64,000 nt of DNA from Christensenella sp. UBA1428 (GCA_002329335.1 DCTY01000014.1:14697-78696); one strand, 5' to 3'; shown: positions 49,047 to 58,856, counted from the stretch's first letter. Made by a program: numbers and translations. Notes: generated by a model not told the origin, from the sequence alone.

Positions 49047-50855
49047 TCAGGCGGTTTCGTTGCCGAATTCGTCCTCCAGCGCCGTCTGGATGTGGAAGAT
49101 GCGCTGGTACAGGCCATCGCACTGGATCAGCTGGGCGTGCGTGCCCTGCTGGGCAATTTTCCCCTGATCCATCACCAAAATCAGATCGGCCTGCATCAGC
49201 GTGGTGATGCGGTGCGCCACGATAAAGGTGGTCGCCGTCCGCCCACGGCGCAGCGCCTCGCGGATTTTCGCGTCGGTTTCCGTATCCACCGCGCTGAGCG
49301 AGTCGTCAAAGATCAAAATATCATTATCCTTCAAAAGCGTCCTGGCGATGGAAACGCGCTGCTTTTGTCCGCCCGAAAGCGTTACGCCGCGCTCGCCCAC
49401 CATCGTTTCATACCCGGCGTCAAATTCCTGGATGACATCGTGGACCGCCGCCGTGCGCGCCGCGTCAAAGACGGCCTGATCCGGAAGCGCCGGATCGACA
49501 ATGGCGATGTTTTCCCGCACGGTTTTGCTGTAAAGGAACGGCTCCTGCAAAACGATTCCCACATGGGTCCGCAGATATTTTTTGTCAATATCGCGCAGTT
49601 CGACCCCGCCGATGGTAATGGAGCCCGACTGGTAGTCGTACAGGCGCTGCATCAGGTACATCATCGTGCTTTTGCCGCTGCCGGTTGAGCCCAGGATGGC
49701 GACCGTCTGACCGGCTTTGGCGGTAAAGGTCACGCCGTCGAGCACCGGCTTTCCGGTTTCATAGCCAAACGTCACGTTTTCAAAATGCACGTCTGCATCC
49801 AGCGGCGGCTCCAGGCATTTGCCCTCGTCGATGAATTCCGACTTTTCGCGCAGCACCTGATCGATACGCTCCAGTGACACCATCGCCTTGCCCATGTCCG
49901 CCAGGACGCGCCCCAGCTGGCGCACCGGCCAGAGCAGCTGGTTTTCATAGGACACGAACACCGTCAAAACGCCCACGGTAATCTCGCCGCGCACCACAAA
50001 ATACACGCCGGCTACCAGCAAAAGCGCTCGCTGCACCGCCACAATACCGTCGGAAATGGCCCAATAGCTGTTGGCCACGCGGTTGACGCGCCAGAATTTA
50101 TCGCGCAGGTCTTCGGATCTTTTGGTAAACTTGTCAATTTCATACGCTTGCCGGCCAAAAGCGCGCACCACGCGCATACCGGTAAGGTTTTCCTGTAAAC
50201 AGGCGCTCATCGCGCCCTCCGCTTCGTCCGCATCCCGGAACGTCGCGATCACCTTTCTGAAATAAAACAGTGAAAACAGGAAAATCGGCGGTACGATTAT
50301 CACCGCTACACCGGTCATTTTCAGCGAAAGCGGCAGCATGATCGACAATGCGATAACCACCAGCGACACGGCGCGCACGATCTGCATCAGCTGTGAGGAC
50401 AAAAAGCGCCGCACGGTTTCCACGTCCGAGGAACACCGCTGAAGCAGGTCGCCGGTTTCCACCGACACATGGTACTGGAAACTGAGCTGCTGCAGATGCT
50501 CATAGAGCTTGTTGCGGATGTTCTCGGCGATATTTTCACTGGCCTGGGCGCTCCATTTGGCATATAAAAACGAAAAAAGCCCGTTAAATGCGCTGACCAG
50601 CACCAGGGTGATCATACAGATCCACAAATTGCGCACAATGACGCTGCGCCCGCCGATCTGCTCCACCAGGCTGACCACAAATGCCGGCGCATGCAGCGGC
50701 GTATCGCCGATAAACGAGTCGATCGTCCACCCCAGCACGCGCGGGGACATAAATCCCAGCGCTACGTTGATCAGCAGGCAGACCAACGCGCCGATATACA
50801 GCCCCAGGTTTCCCTTCATAAACTCCAGACACAGCCGGAGCCTGCGATGGTTCAT
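49047..50855 (-). CDS. ABC exporter half-transporter (TMD-NBD), degenerate Walker B (Asp in place of catalytic Glu)
   Basis: 602 aa with Walker A GSTGSGKST, canonical signature LSGGQKQR, and Walker B ILIFDDSLSAVD. Confidence 0.92.
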   Translation of the reverse strand: MNHRRLRLCLEFMKGNLGLYIGALVCLLINVALGFMSPRVLGWTIDSFIGDTPLHAPAFVVSLVEQIGGRSVIVRNLWICMITLVLVSAFNGLFSFLYAKWSAQASENIAENIRNKLYEHLQQLSFQYHVSVETGDLLQRCSSDVETVRRFLSSQLMQIVRAVSLVVIALSIMLPLSLKMTGVAVIIVPPIFLFSLFYFRKVIATFRDADEAEGAMSACLQENLTGMRVVRAFGRQAYEIDKFTKRSEDLRDKFWRVNRVANSYWAISDGIVAVQRALLLVAGVYFVVRGEITVGVLTVFVSYENQLLWPVRQLGRVLADMGKAMVSLERIDQVLREKSEFIDEGKCLEPPLDADVHFENVTFGYETGKPVLDGVTFTAKAGQTVAILGSTGSGKSTMMYLMQRLYDYQSGSITIGGVELRDIDKKYLRTHVGIVLQEPFLYSKTVRENIAIVDPALPDQAVFDAARTAAVHDVIQEFDAGYETMVGERGVTLSGGQKQRVSIARTLLKDNDILIFDDSLSAVDTETDAKIREALRRGRTATTFIVAHRITTLMQADLILVMDQGKIAQQGTHAQLIQCDGLYQRIFHIQTALEDEFGNETA

Positions 50856-50901
50856 GGTTTTTCACACTCCTTTTCTTATCATGGCAGCGGCACACAGCGC
50901 G

Positions 50902-50938
50902 CAAAAAAGAAAGCCGCGTGCAATAGCTGCCGCGGCCG
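50902..50938 (-). terminator. intrinsic terminator between the leader ORF and the first ABC gene (candidate attenuator)
   Basis: Minus strand reads GGCCGCGGCAGCTATTGCACGCGGCT followed by TTCTTTTTTGCG. Lies 25 nt after the leader ORF stop and 46 nt before the ABC ATG. Confidence 0.7.
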
Positions 50939-50962
50939 AATGTTTTACGGATCAAGCGTCGA

Positions 50963-51073
50963 TTAAACCGACACCTCTCCCCCAAACGGACGCGCGCGCA
51001 TAGAAATCCCCTTCGTACGGAACAAATGTGCAAAGTTCGCCCCAGAAAAAAGCTTTGCATAACGAAGTTCCAC
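50963..51073 (-). CDS. candidate 36-aa regulatory leader peptide upstream of the heterodimeric ABC exporter
   Basis: GTG at 51073 is preceded by AAAGGAGGTG (8-nt spacing). Peptide: (M)ELRYAKLFSGANFAHLFRTKGISMRARPFGGEVSV. It is the 3' end of track ORF 50963..51499, whose upstream part crosses the promoter. Confidence 0.4.
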   Translation of the reverse strand: MELRYAKLFSGANFAHLFRTKGISMRARPFGGEVSV

Positions 51074-51122
51074 AGCACACACCTCCTTTTGGTAGAATAT
51101 GCAAGTTGACCCTGCGTTTTCC

Positions 51123-51151
51123 AGTATAGCGCGCTCAAAATTCCCTGTCAA
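51123..51151 (-). promoter_or_regulatory. sigma-A-type promoter of the leader-ABC transcription unit
   Basis: Minus strand has TTGACA, a 17-nt spacer (gggaattttgagcgcgc), and TATACT. Confidence 0.7.
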
Positions 51152-51224
51152 GCGTTTTGGCAAAAAAAGGCCGCTTTTTTCCTGTATAAGCCGCCGGTTT
51201 TCCAAAACTGGGTCTTGCGCGCAG

Positions 51225-51253
51225 TTGCCTTTTGTCAAAAAATAAACTATACT
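51225..51253 (+). promoter_or_regulatory. sigma-A-type promoter of the fumarate hydratase operon
   Basis: TTGCCT, 17-nt spacer, TATACT, located 43 nt before the ATG. Confidence 0.55.
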
Positions 51254-51295
51254 GTGGGGGTATAAGTCCCCAAAAAACACGCGGAGGTTTTTCAG

Positions 51296-52144
51296 ATGCC
51301 AAGAGTTCTCAATACGCAGTGCGTCGTCGACGTTGTCGCCGACCTGATCCGCAAGGCCTGCTACGAGCTGGACGATAATCTGGTCAGCGCGCTCAAAAGC
51401 GCTTATGAAAAAGAGCAGTCCCCTTATGGCCGCGACACGCTCAAGATCCTGATTGACAATGCCGAATATGCCAAAACCGAGCAGCTGCCCTGCTGCCACG
51501 ACACGGGCACCTGCGTTTTATGGGTAAAAATCGGCCAGGAAATCACCTGGGAGGGCGCGCCCCTGCCCCAGATGCTCCAAAAGGGCGTTGCCAAGGGCTA
51601 TGAAGAAGCGTATCTGCGCAAGTCCATGGTGCGCGACCCGATCCATGACCGTACCAACACCGGCGACAACACTCCGGCGGTGATTCATTACGAAATCGTC
51701 GCGGGCGACAAGGTGGACATCGCCGTGATGCCCAAGGGCGGCGGCAGCGAAAATATGGGCACGTTTAAAACCATCATGCCCGCCGACGGTCCGGAAGGCG
51801 TGAAGAAATTTGTCGTGGACACCATGAAGGCGGTCGGCGGCAAGCCCTGTCCCCCCGTAATCATCGGCGTGGGCATCGGCGGCACGATGGACTGGTGCAC
51901 CTGGATTTCCAAGCAGGCGCTTTTGCGCCCCATCGGCCAGCGCCATCCCGACCCGCTTTACGCCAAGCTCGAGCTTGAAATTCTCGAAGCGGTCAACAAT
52001 CTGGGCATCGGCCCGCTGGGCATGGGCGGCAACACCACCTGCCTGGACGTTCATATGGAATACCATCCCTGCCACATCACTGCGCTGCCGGTAGCCATCA
52101 CCTTCCAGTGCCATGCCAGCCGTCACGCATTCGGCACGATCTGA
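51296..52144 (+). CDS. Fe-S type (class I) fumarate hydratase / L(+)-tartrate dehydratase, alpha subunit
   Basis: 282 aa: LPCCHDTGTCVLWVKIG...MPKGGGSENM...GVGIGGT. Confidence 0.9.
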   Translation: MPRVLNTQCVVDVVADLIRKACYELDDNLVSALKSAYEKEQSPYGRDTLKILIDNAEYAKTEQLPCCHDTGTCVLWVKIGQEITWEGAPLPQMLQKGVAKGYEEAYLRKSMVRDPIHDRTNTGDNTPAVIHYEIVAGDKVDIAVMPKGGGSENMGTFKTIMPADGPEGVKKFVVDTMKAVGGKPCPPVIIGVGIGGTMDWCTWISKQALLRPIGQRHPDPLYAKLELEILEAVNNLGIGPLGMGGNTTCLDVHMEYHPCHITALPVAITFQCHASRHAFGTI

Positions 52145-52162
52145 GGAAAGGAGCAATTGGGC

Positions 52163-52714
52163 ATGAAAACCTATCATCTGACCGCCCCGCTGACCAAACA
52201 GGACGTTGCGCCGCTGCGCGCGGGCGATATCGTATATCTTTCCGGCGAAATCTATACCGCACGGGACGCCGCGCACGAGCGTTTCCGCAAAACGCTGGAA
52301 AAAGGCGAAAAGCTGCCGGTGGATCTGACCAATGAAACCATCTTCTATGCCGGCCCCACCCCCACCAAGCCCGGCCGCGCGATCGGTTCCATCGCGCCGA
52401 CAACGAGCATGCGCATCGACGGCTTTGTGGAGATGATGTTCAAGCAGGGCATGGTCGCCATGATCGGCAAGGGCGACCGTCACGATTATGTGGCGCAGCT
52501 TTGCGGACAGTACGGCGGCGTATACTTTTTGAGCATCGGCGGCGCATCCGCGCTGATTTCCAAGGATGTGAAAAAATGCACCGTCGTGGCCTATGACGAT
52601 CTGGGCACAGAGTCGGTGAAGCGCCTGGTGGTTGAGAACCTGCGCCTGATCGTGGGCTATGGTCCTACCGGCGACGACCTGTTCAAGCAGGAAATCCCCA
52701 AATACGCAAAATAA
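52163..52714 (+). CDS. Fe-S type (class I) fumarate hydratase / tartrate dehydratase, beta subunit
   Basis: 183 aa from the ATG at 52163 (GGAG 9 nt upstream; the track TTG at 52157 is less likely): GDIVYLSGEIYTARDAAHERF...GPTTSMRID...IGKG. Confidence 0.9.
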   Translation: MKTYHLTAPLTKQDVAPLRAGDIVYLSGEIYTARDAAHERFRKTLEKGEKLPVDLTNETIFYAGPTPTKPGRAIGSIAPTTSMRIDGFVEMMFKQGMVAMIGKGDRHDYVAQLCGQYGGVYFLSIGGASALISKDVKKCTVVAYDDLGTESVKRLVVENLRLIVGYGPTGDDLFKQEIPKYAK

Positions 52715-52871
52715 TATCGTCAATACGCAGCGGCGTCGCTGCGCGCGGGCCAGAGAGTCTTTTTTCTCTGGCCCGTTGCTATGGCGGCAAAAAGCTGTGT
52801 CAGGACGCGCCGGCCCAGGCTTTGGTTCCGACCATTTCAGGCGCGTCAAACGGTTTTAGAAAGGAGCCCCT

Positions 52872-54065
52872 ATGAACCATCCGGATTTTACCCATCTGGA
52901 AGCGCTTTTGACCGATCTGACCGATCAGGAGATTTTGCCCATGGCGGCCATGACCGTTTACCGCGGCGGCCGGGAAGTCTTTCGGTTTCACCGCGGGCTG
53001 GCCGACCACGAATCCGGCCGCGCGCTGGACAGCAATACCCTGTTTCGCATTTTTTCAATGACCAAGGTTGTCACGACCGTCGCACTTTTGCAGCTTTATG
53101 AAAGCGGCCGCGTGCTTTTAAGCGATCCGGTGAGCAAATATATTCCGTCCTTTGCCCATCAGCGCGTCTGGCATACCGACGCGCAGGGCCGCACGTTTTA
53201 TACGCCGGTTCAGCGGGAAAACACGCTGCATGACCTTTTGAATATGACCAGCGGGATTCCCTACTATCATCCGGGCCGAAGCGCGGTGGAGGATCAGATG
53301 GCACAGGTCTGGGCGCGCATGGACGACGCGATCCGCGCCGGAAAGCCGTGGGATACCTTTACCGCCGTCAACGAGATCGGCAAAAACCCGCTGCTGTTTG
53401 ATCCGGGCACGCATTTTCACTATGGCCTTGGCATCGACGTGATCGGCGGCGTGATCGAGCAGGTCACCAAAATGCGCCTTGGCGATTATTTCAAAGCGCA
53501 GATCTTCAATCCTCTGGGCATGGACGGCACGGATTTTTATGTTCCCTCGGACAGGCAGCAGCATCTGGCGCAGCTTTACAACCGCAAAAACGGGGGCGGC
53601 TTTGTGCCGGCCAACCGTTTTCAGGATCTGCGCCAGTTGTCGCGTCCCGCCTATGAGGAAGGCGGCGACGGGCTGGTCACCACGCCCGATGCATACATGA
53701 CCTTTGCCCGGATGCTCCTGGGACAGGGTTCCCTGAACGGCGCCCGGATTCTGGGCAGAAAAACCGTCGCGCTCATGGCGCGCAACCACCTGCCCGAGGC
53801 GCTTTTGCCCGACGTGACCGATACCATGGCCTCAGTGGCCGGCTATGGGTTCGGCCTTGGCTGCCGGGTGATGATCGATCCGGCCCGCACGGGATTAAAC
53901 GGATCTGAAGGGGAATTCGGCTGGTTCGGGCACGGCGGCTCCTGGTTCTGCGTCGACCCGCAGGAGGACATGGCCGCTGTATTCATGACCCAGGTGATCT
54001 TCGACAAGTCCGAAAAAATTTCCGTCACGCCCCGCATCGTACAGGCCCTTTACAGCGCGCTGTAA
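52872..54065 (+). CDS. serine hydrolase, beta-lactamase-related (class C/EstB-like) family
   Basis: 397 aa with SxxK motif FSMTK, a Tyr motif region, and a C-terminal HGGSW-type block. AAGGAG RBS. Confidence 0.85.
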   Translation: MNHPDFTHLEALLTDLTDQEILPMAAMTVYRGGREVFRFHRGLADHESGRALDSNTLFRIFSMTKVVTTVALLQLYESGRVLLSDPVSKYIPSFAHQRVWHTDAQGRTFYTPVQRENTLHDLLNMTSGIPYYHPGRSAVEDQMAQVWARMDDAIRAGKPWDTFTAVNEIGKNPLLFDPGTHFHYGLGIDVIGGVIEQVTKMRLGDYFKAQIFNPLGMDGTDFYVPSDRQQHLAQLYNRKNGGGFVPANRFQDLRQLSRPAYEEGGDGLVTTPDAYMTFARMLLGQGSLNGARILGRKTVALMARNHLPEALLPDVTDTMASVAGYGFGLGCRVMIDPARTGLNGSEGEFGWFGHGGSWFCVDPQEDMAAVFMTQVIFDKSEKISVTPRIVQALYSAL

Positions 54066-54253
54066 ACCCATTTGAACAAACGCCCGAAAAATTTTCTTCA
54101 GGCGTTTGCCGTATGCGGCGCGCCTCTTTGCTTTTCTTCATTGTTTTTGCCTTTTCTTCACGCAATTCCCATCGTTTTTTCATCGACTTTCCCCCTGTGT
54201 TTGTCTACAATAGAGACAGAAAGCATTGGACTTATTTGCAGGAGGGAAATGCC

Positions 54254-54835
54254 ATGAAACGAAAATATGCTTTATTCGCTCTGATTGCCGCCTTTGCGCT
54301 GATGCTCACCGGCTGCTCCGGCGGCAAAAGCGCGCAGGAGCGCGGCTTTACCGTCGCCGTTTTGGATACATATATCGACAGCGCCAAGGTTGAAGCCTAT
54401 GGGGCCTCGCAGGAGCGCGAAACGCCTGCCACGTTTATGGCGCTGTCCATGGGCGACTCGGAAAATGACCCCATGAGCGCAGTGGCCGGCGCCGCCGCGT
54501 TTACGACGCAGGTCGCCTCAGGGGAAATCGACGTGGTCATCGCGCCGCCCCAGGTTGTCGCCGCCAGCGCGCGCAGCGAAACGTTTATGCCGCTGACCGA
54601 GCTGTTTTCCCCGGAAGAGCTTGCCGCAATCGACGACGCGCTTTGGATCGACTACGAACTCTATGACGAAAACCTCACCCCCACCGGCGAGCGCACGCCC
54701 GCCTGCGGCATTGACGTTTCGCAGGACGAAGGGCTGCAAAGCGTTCTTGGCAAGCAGCAAATCGGCGTCTATGTGGTCGTCAATACCGCCTATCCTGATC
54801 AGGCCAGGCAAATGGTGCTGGACTATCTAAAATAA
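54254..54835 (+). CDS. lipoprotein of unknown function
   Basis: 193 aa from the ATG at 54254 (GGAGGGA upstream), with signal peptide and lipobox MLTGC. The track start at 54113 is unsupported. Confidence 0.8.
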   Translation: MKRKYALFALIAAFALMLTGCSGGKSAQERGFTVAVLDTYIDSAKVEAYGASQERETPATFMALSMGDSENDPMSAVAGAAAFTTQVASGEIDVVIAPPQVVAASARSETFMPLTELFSPEELAAIDDALWIDYELYDENLTPTGERTPACGIDVSQDEGLQSVLGKQQIGVYVVVNTAYPDQARQMVLDYLK

Positions 54836-54862
54836 GCGCTTCCATTCAAACATCTGTATCAA

Positions 54863-54899
54863 ACATCCGTACCGGTTCACACCGATACGGATGTTTTTT
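54863..54899 (+). terminator. intrinsic terminator after the lipoprotein gene
   Basis: ACATCCGTACCGG-ttcaca-CCGATACGGATGT (1 mismatch) followed by TTTTTT. Confidence 0.8.
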
Positions 54900-55001
54900 A
54901 TCCGATTGGGATATCACTACCATCGTCCCAACACCTGTCAGGCGCAAGAGCACGCCCTTTTTGGGGCTGCATCACATCGCCGCAGGTCCGTCACGTTCCA
55001 A

Positions 55002-55541
55002 TTACCGTGCCTTTCTTTCAAATATCATCGCTATGACGTCTAAAATTGCATCGGCAATCCAGGTCACGCCGATAAAAACCCAAAGCACGACGGCAGATCG
55101 GAATGGATCGGCAAGAATCACCAGCGAGCAGATCAGCATCACCGCCGCGCTGATCGCTGCCCAGAACCATTTTTTGCTTTTTTTGCGCAGCAAATCCACC
55201 GCCCATTGTATTTTCCCCACACCATTGATCAGCGCGAGCACGCCGTACAGCACGGTGAGCAGAGGAAAAGTCACGATAAACCATTGGCTTTTCAGCATGC
55301 AGAACAATCCTGCGATCGTTTCCAGCAATCCACGCGTCAGATCCTGCGCCAGGGCAGCCGCCTCAGGCGGCTCCTTAAAATAGCGGAAAACATGAACGAC
55401 GCCATCAAGCAGCAGCAGCACGCCCAACGCCGTCAAAATGCCGCTGGTAAAGCCAACCGGATTGATCAGCAAAAGGACGCCCAGCGCCAGTTCAAACAAA
55501 CACAGAACAATTTTATGGATTCCGGATGCATTTTTCTTCAT
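55002..55541 (-). CDS. HdeD/DUF308 family membrane protein
   Basis: 179 aa with six TM-like segments and repeated (L)LL(I/L)xGxxxI patterns typical of DUF308. Confidence 0.8.
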   Translation of the reverse strand: MKKNASGIHKIVLCLFELALGVLLLINPVGFTSGILTALGVLLLLDGVVHVFRYFKEPPEAAALAQDLTRGLLETIAGLFCMLKSQWFIVTFPLLTVLYGVLALINGVGKIQWAVDLLRKKSKKWFWAAISAAVMLICSLVILADPFRSAVVLWVFIGVTWIADAILDVIAMIFERKAR

Positions 55542-55720
55542 TTTATTCCCTCCAAGTTTCAGTTTTCAAGCGTTGAAATCCACCGATGCTTATGCTACAA
55601 TCATACTCGACAGTTGTTGATTTTGCAACAAACAGTTGATCTAAAATTGATGTAGAATCAACACTTTTCGGCTTTATGTATCCCTTATCAGGGAAATCTG
55701 TTTCAAAGGATGCATTTTTG

Positions 55721-56284
55721 ATGGAACAAAGGAAAAACCAGCGCGTCACACTGACAAAAAGGATGCTCAAAGACAGCCTGCTAAAGCTGATGGAAACCAA
55801 AAGCATCCAGAAAATATCGGTAAGCGAATTATGTCAGAACGCAGGAATCAATCGGGCGACTTTTTACAAGCACTATACCGCGCCCAGCGAAATCCTGCGG
55901 GAAATCGGCAATGAAATGGCCGACGATATTGAAGCGCTGCTGATGAAAAAAAAGCCGGGCAGCGTCTTTTCTCTGCAGGAAAAGGTGGAACTTGTCTGCG
56001 GATATCTGCAAAAGAACAAGCAGACCGCTAAATTGCTGTTCCAGAACAACACGCCCGAATCTGAATTTGCGGTAAGGCTGATCCGCGGTCAGGATCAATG
56101 GGAATCTGCCTGCACCAGCCTGCGCGCCCAATACGGGGAAGAGGGCAAAGACCTGCTGCTGACTTTTCTGATCCACGGCGCATACCGTATGATCACCCAA
56201 TGGCTGTTGGACGACATCAAAAAAACGCCCCGGGAGATGGGCGAATTGATCAGCGGCATCTGCATCAGCGATCTTTGCAGGTAA
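55721..56284 (+). CDS. TetR/AcrR family transcriptional regulator
   Basis: 187 aa from the ATG at 55721: ISVSELCQNAGINRATFYKHY HTH. Confidence 0.88.
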   Translation: MEQRKNQRVTLTKRMLKDSLLKLMETKSIQKISVSELCQNAGINRATFYKHYTAPSEILREIGNEMADDIEALLMKKKPGSVFSLQEKVELVCGYLQKNKQTAKLLFQNNTPESEFAVRLIRGQDQWESACTSLRAQYGEEGKDLLLTFLIHGAYRMITQWLLDDIKKTPREMGELISGICISDLCR

Positions 56285-56324
56285 ACCGGTAACTTCAGGC
56301 AAACAACATCAGGAGGTATATATC

Positions 56325-57827
56325 ATGAAAGAAATCACCCTGCAGCCCTCCGGGCTGACAAAACGCTGGGATACCGATTTGCGTCTGGTTTCCTACAACA
56401 TTGAAATGACCGAAGTCACCGGCGGCACATTCTGGAAATGCTACACACCGGCGCAGGTGGCCGGCAAAGAAGCGTTTCCGCCGCTTGACCCCAATGTGAC
56501 GGGCAGCTTTCTGAACCTTACCGCGCTGATGCAGGAATATCCGCCCATTGATCTGTACAACGAAAAGATCCGCAAACTGGCCAAAGCGCTCGGCCCAGCA
56601 TGGGTTCGCGTCAGCGGCACCTGGGCGACCACGACCTATTACGACTTTGACGGCCATACTCACGGCAAAGTACCCCAGGGGTTCCGTTCGGTACTGACAA
56701 AATCGCAGTGGACCGGCGTTTTGGATTTTGTTAAGGATACCGGCGCCAAGCTTATGATCTCCGTAGGCAATTGCGAGGGCAATCACAATCCCGACGGCAC
56801 CTGGAATCCCCGGCAGGCCCGTGCAATCTTCGATTTCAGCCAAAGCTACGGCGTACCGATCAGCGCCGCCGAATTTACAAACGAGCCCAATGCACTGGAA
56901 ACCAGCGGAACCCCAAAGGGATACACCGCAGCGGATTATGCCAGGGATCAGGACGCCTTTTTCCGTTTTCTGCACGAAAATTACCCCGGGGTGCTGGCCG
57001 TAGGCCCTTGCAGCGCAGGCGATTCCTGGGTTGGGCAGCATGGCAAAGACATGAAACACCCTGTCAATCTTGGCCTATTTGTCCCGACGGAAGAAATTCT
57101 CCGGCAGTGCAGCGAAAAGCCGGATGTATTCAGCTACCACTATTATAACGGGCTTTCCGAACGCGGCGCCTTTATGGGGGGACACTGGGACGCCTGTGAA
57201 GCGCACACAGACGCATATATTGGCGAAGCAGAAAGGACCTGCCGCATCACTCGCGCGCTTCGGGACCGGTTTGCGCCCGGGGCACCGATGTGGGTGACCG
57301 AATCCGGCGATGCCGGCGCAGGCGGCAATACCTGGGCTTCCACCTATTTGGATGTACTGCGCTTTGCCAACGAACTGGGCGTATTTTCTTCGCTGACCCC
57401 CGGCATCATTTTTCACAACACCTTCTGTTCCTCCGATTATGGGCTTTTGGCGCCTGAAACCTACGATATCCGTCCCAACTATTGGCTCTGCTGGCTGTGG
57501 AACCAGATCATGGGAACTGCCGTTTACGACGCCAGCGCATATGTTGGAGAAAATCTCCATGTGTATGCGCACTCCCGCCGGGACGGCGCCGACGGTCTGG
57601 CCTATCTGATCGTCAATAATTCCCTGACCGATACCGTTTTGGTGCATCTGAACAGTCCGGCACAGCGTTATACGCTCAGCGCCGAAAATCTGCGCGCCGC
57701 CACGGTCAGCATCAACGACCAGATCATGCCCGTGCGCGCAACCGAAATCCCTGAAATCCATGCCATTGAGGAAACATCGGCATGTGTCACGTTGGCTCCG
57801 GCGACTGTGACTTTTCTGGTTTTCTAA
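56325..57827 (+). CDS. clan GH-A glycoside hydrolase, GH79-like (beta-glucuronidase/heparanase-like)
   Basis: 500 aa, cytoplasmic, with AGGAGG RBS. Acid/base-type block AAEFTNEPN and nucleophile-type WVTESG. The family assignment is from memory of GH79 motifs. Confidence 0.75.
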   Translation: MKEITLQPSGLTKRWDTDLRLVSYNIEMTEVTGGTFWKCYTPAQVAGKEAFPPLDPNVTGSFLNLTALMQEYPPIDLYNEKIRKLAKALGPAWVRVSGTWATTTYYDFDGHTHGKVPQGFRSVLTKSQWTGVLDFVKDTGAKLMISVGNCEGNHNPDGTWNPRQARAIFDFSQSYGVPISAAEFTNEPNALETSGTPKGYTAADYARDQDAFFRFLHENYPGVLAVGPCSAGDSWVGQHGKDMKHPVNLGLFVPTEEILRQCSEKPDVFSYHYYNGLSERGAFMGGHWDACEAHTDAYIGEAERTCRITRALRDRFAPGAPMWVTESGDAGAGGNTWASTYLDVLRFANELGVFSSLTPGIIFHNTFCSSDYGLLAPETYDIRPNYWLCWLWNQIMGTAVYDASAYVGENLHVYAHSRRDGADGLAYLIVNNSLTDTVLVHLNSPAQRYTLSAENLRAATVSINDQIMPVRATEIPEIHAIEETSACVTLAPATVTFLVF

Positions 57828-57836
57828 GGTATTGCT

Positions 57837-58628
57837 ATGAAAAACGAATGGAAAAAATGCTTTCAAATCGGCGTAACGCTTTTCCTGCTGTTTCTGTGCA
57901 TCTATTATTGGCAGCCGTCGGTGCGAATCGCCGGCGCTGCGCTGAAAGCTGCGACTCCGTTGCTGCTGGGATGCGTCGCCGCCTATATCGTCAATATCCT
58001 GATGGCGTTTTATCAACGGCATTATTTTCCCAACAGCAAAAAGCCCTTTGTCCAAAAAAGCGCCCGTCCGGTCTGTATAACCGGTGCATTTCTGACGCTG
58101 ATTTGCATCGCCGTGCTTGTGATCCGGCTGATTGTGCCGGAATTGACCGCCTGCATCCAGCTGCTGCTGGCAGAAGTACCCAAAGCGGTAAAATCCATTT
58201 GGGATCAAATCGCGCAGCTGGGCGTACTGCCCGCCGGGATCGTGCAGTCGCTCAACAGCCTGGACTGGAACGCTACGCTCAACAACCTGCTTACCTTGCT
58301 GAAAACCGGACTTGGCAGTACGGTTCAGTTTGCTGTCGGCGCAGTATCCAGCGCCGCATCCTGGCTGATGAATCTGGTAATCGGCACGATCTTTGCCATT
58401 TACCTGCTGATTGACAAAGAACGTCTTCAGGCGCAGTGCCTCCGGGTACTCGCACGGATATGCCGGCCTGCGCACTTGGAAAAACTGCGCGATGTCCTGT
58501 CGGTTGTAAATCGCTGCTTCCATCGCTACATTGTCGGCCAATGCACGGAAGCGGTTATCTTAGGCATGGGAAAGACATTTCCGCCCAAAAGGTGTATGAT
58601 CATGTCAGCGAAAGGAGCGACGGCAAAC
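57837..58628 (+). pseudogene. AI-2E (PerM/YhhT-like) family permease, C-terminally truncated
   Basis: Family-typical N-terminal ~240 aa up to HRYIVGQCTEAVILGM, then unrelated sequence. The last ~100+ aa and TMs are missing. The frame reads straight into the next gene fragment. Confidence 0.65.
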
Positions 58629-58766
58629 ATGGATGGCATCAAAGTCGGACGGTTTCTGGCGCATTTGCGCCAGAAGGCCGGATGGACGCAGGAACAATTG
58701 GGGGAAAAGCTCAGCGTGACCAATAAAACCGTTTCCCGCTGGAAAAACGGAGTTTCCCACAGTTAA
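58629..58766 (+). pseudogene. XRE-family HTH gene fragment (N-terminal 41 residues only)
   Basis: Has its own SD (AAAGGAG) and ATG: MDGIKVGRFLAHLRQKAGWTQEQLGEKLSVTNKTVSRWKNG, then VSHS-stop exactly where the AT-rich islet begins. Confidence 0.65.
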
Positions 58767-58825
58767 AGATACTACACCAAATATGACGAACTCACGCTTA
58801 TACACTATCAGCTATAATAAAACGC

Positions 58826-58856
58826 AAGGACAGCAATTTGATAGGGCTGTCCTTTT
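58826..58856 (+). terminator. intrinsic terminator at the left edge of the AT-rich islet
   Basis: AAGGACAGC-11 nt-GCTGTCCTT followed by TTATAA. Confidence 0.7.

Noticed and set aside
50963-51499. 178-aa minus-strand ORF spanning the ABC/fumarate hydratase intergenic region.
   Set aside because: It runs antisense through the fumA start and across both promoters. Only its last 36 codons, which follow a strong SD, are considered, as a possible leader peptide.
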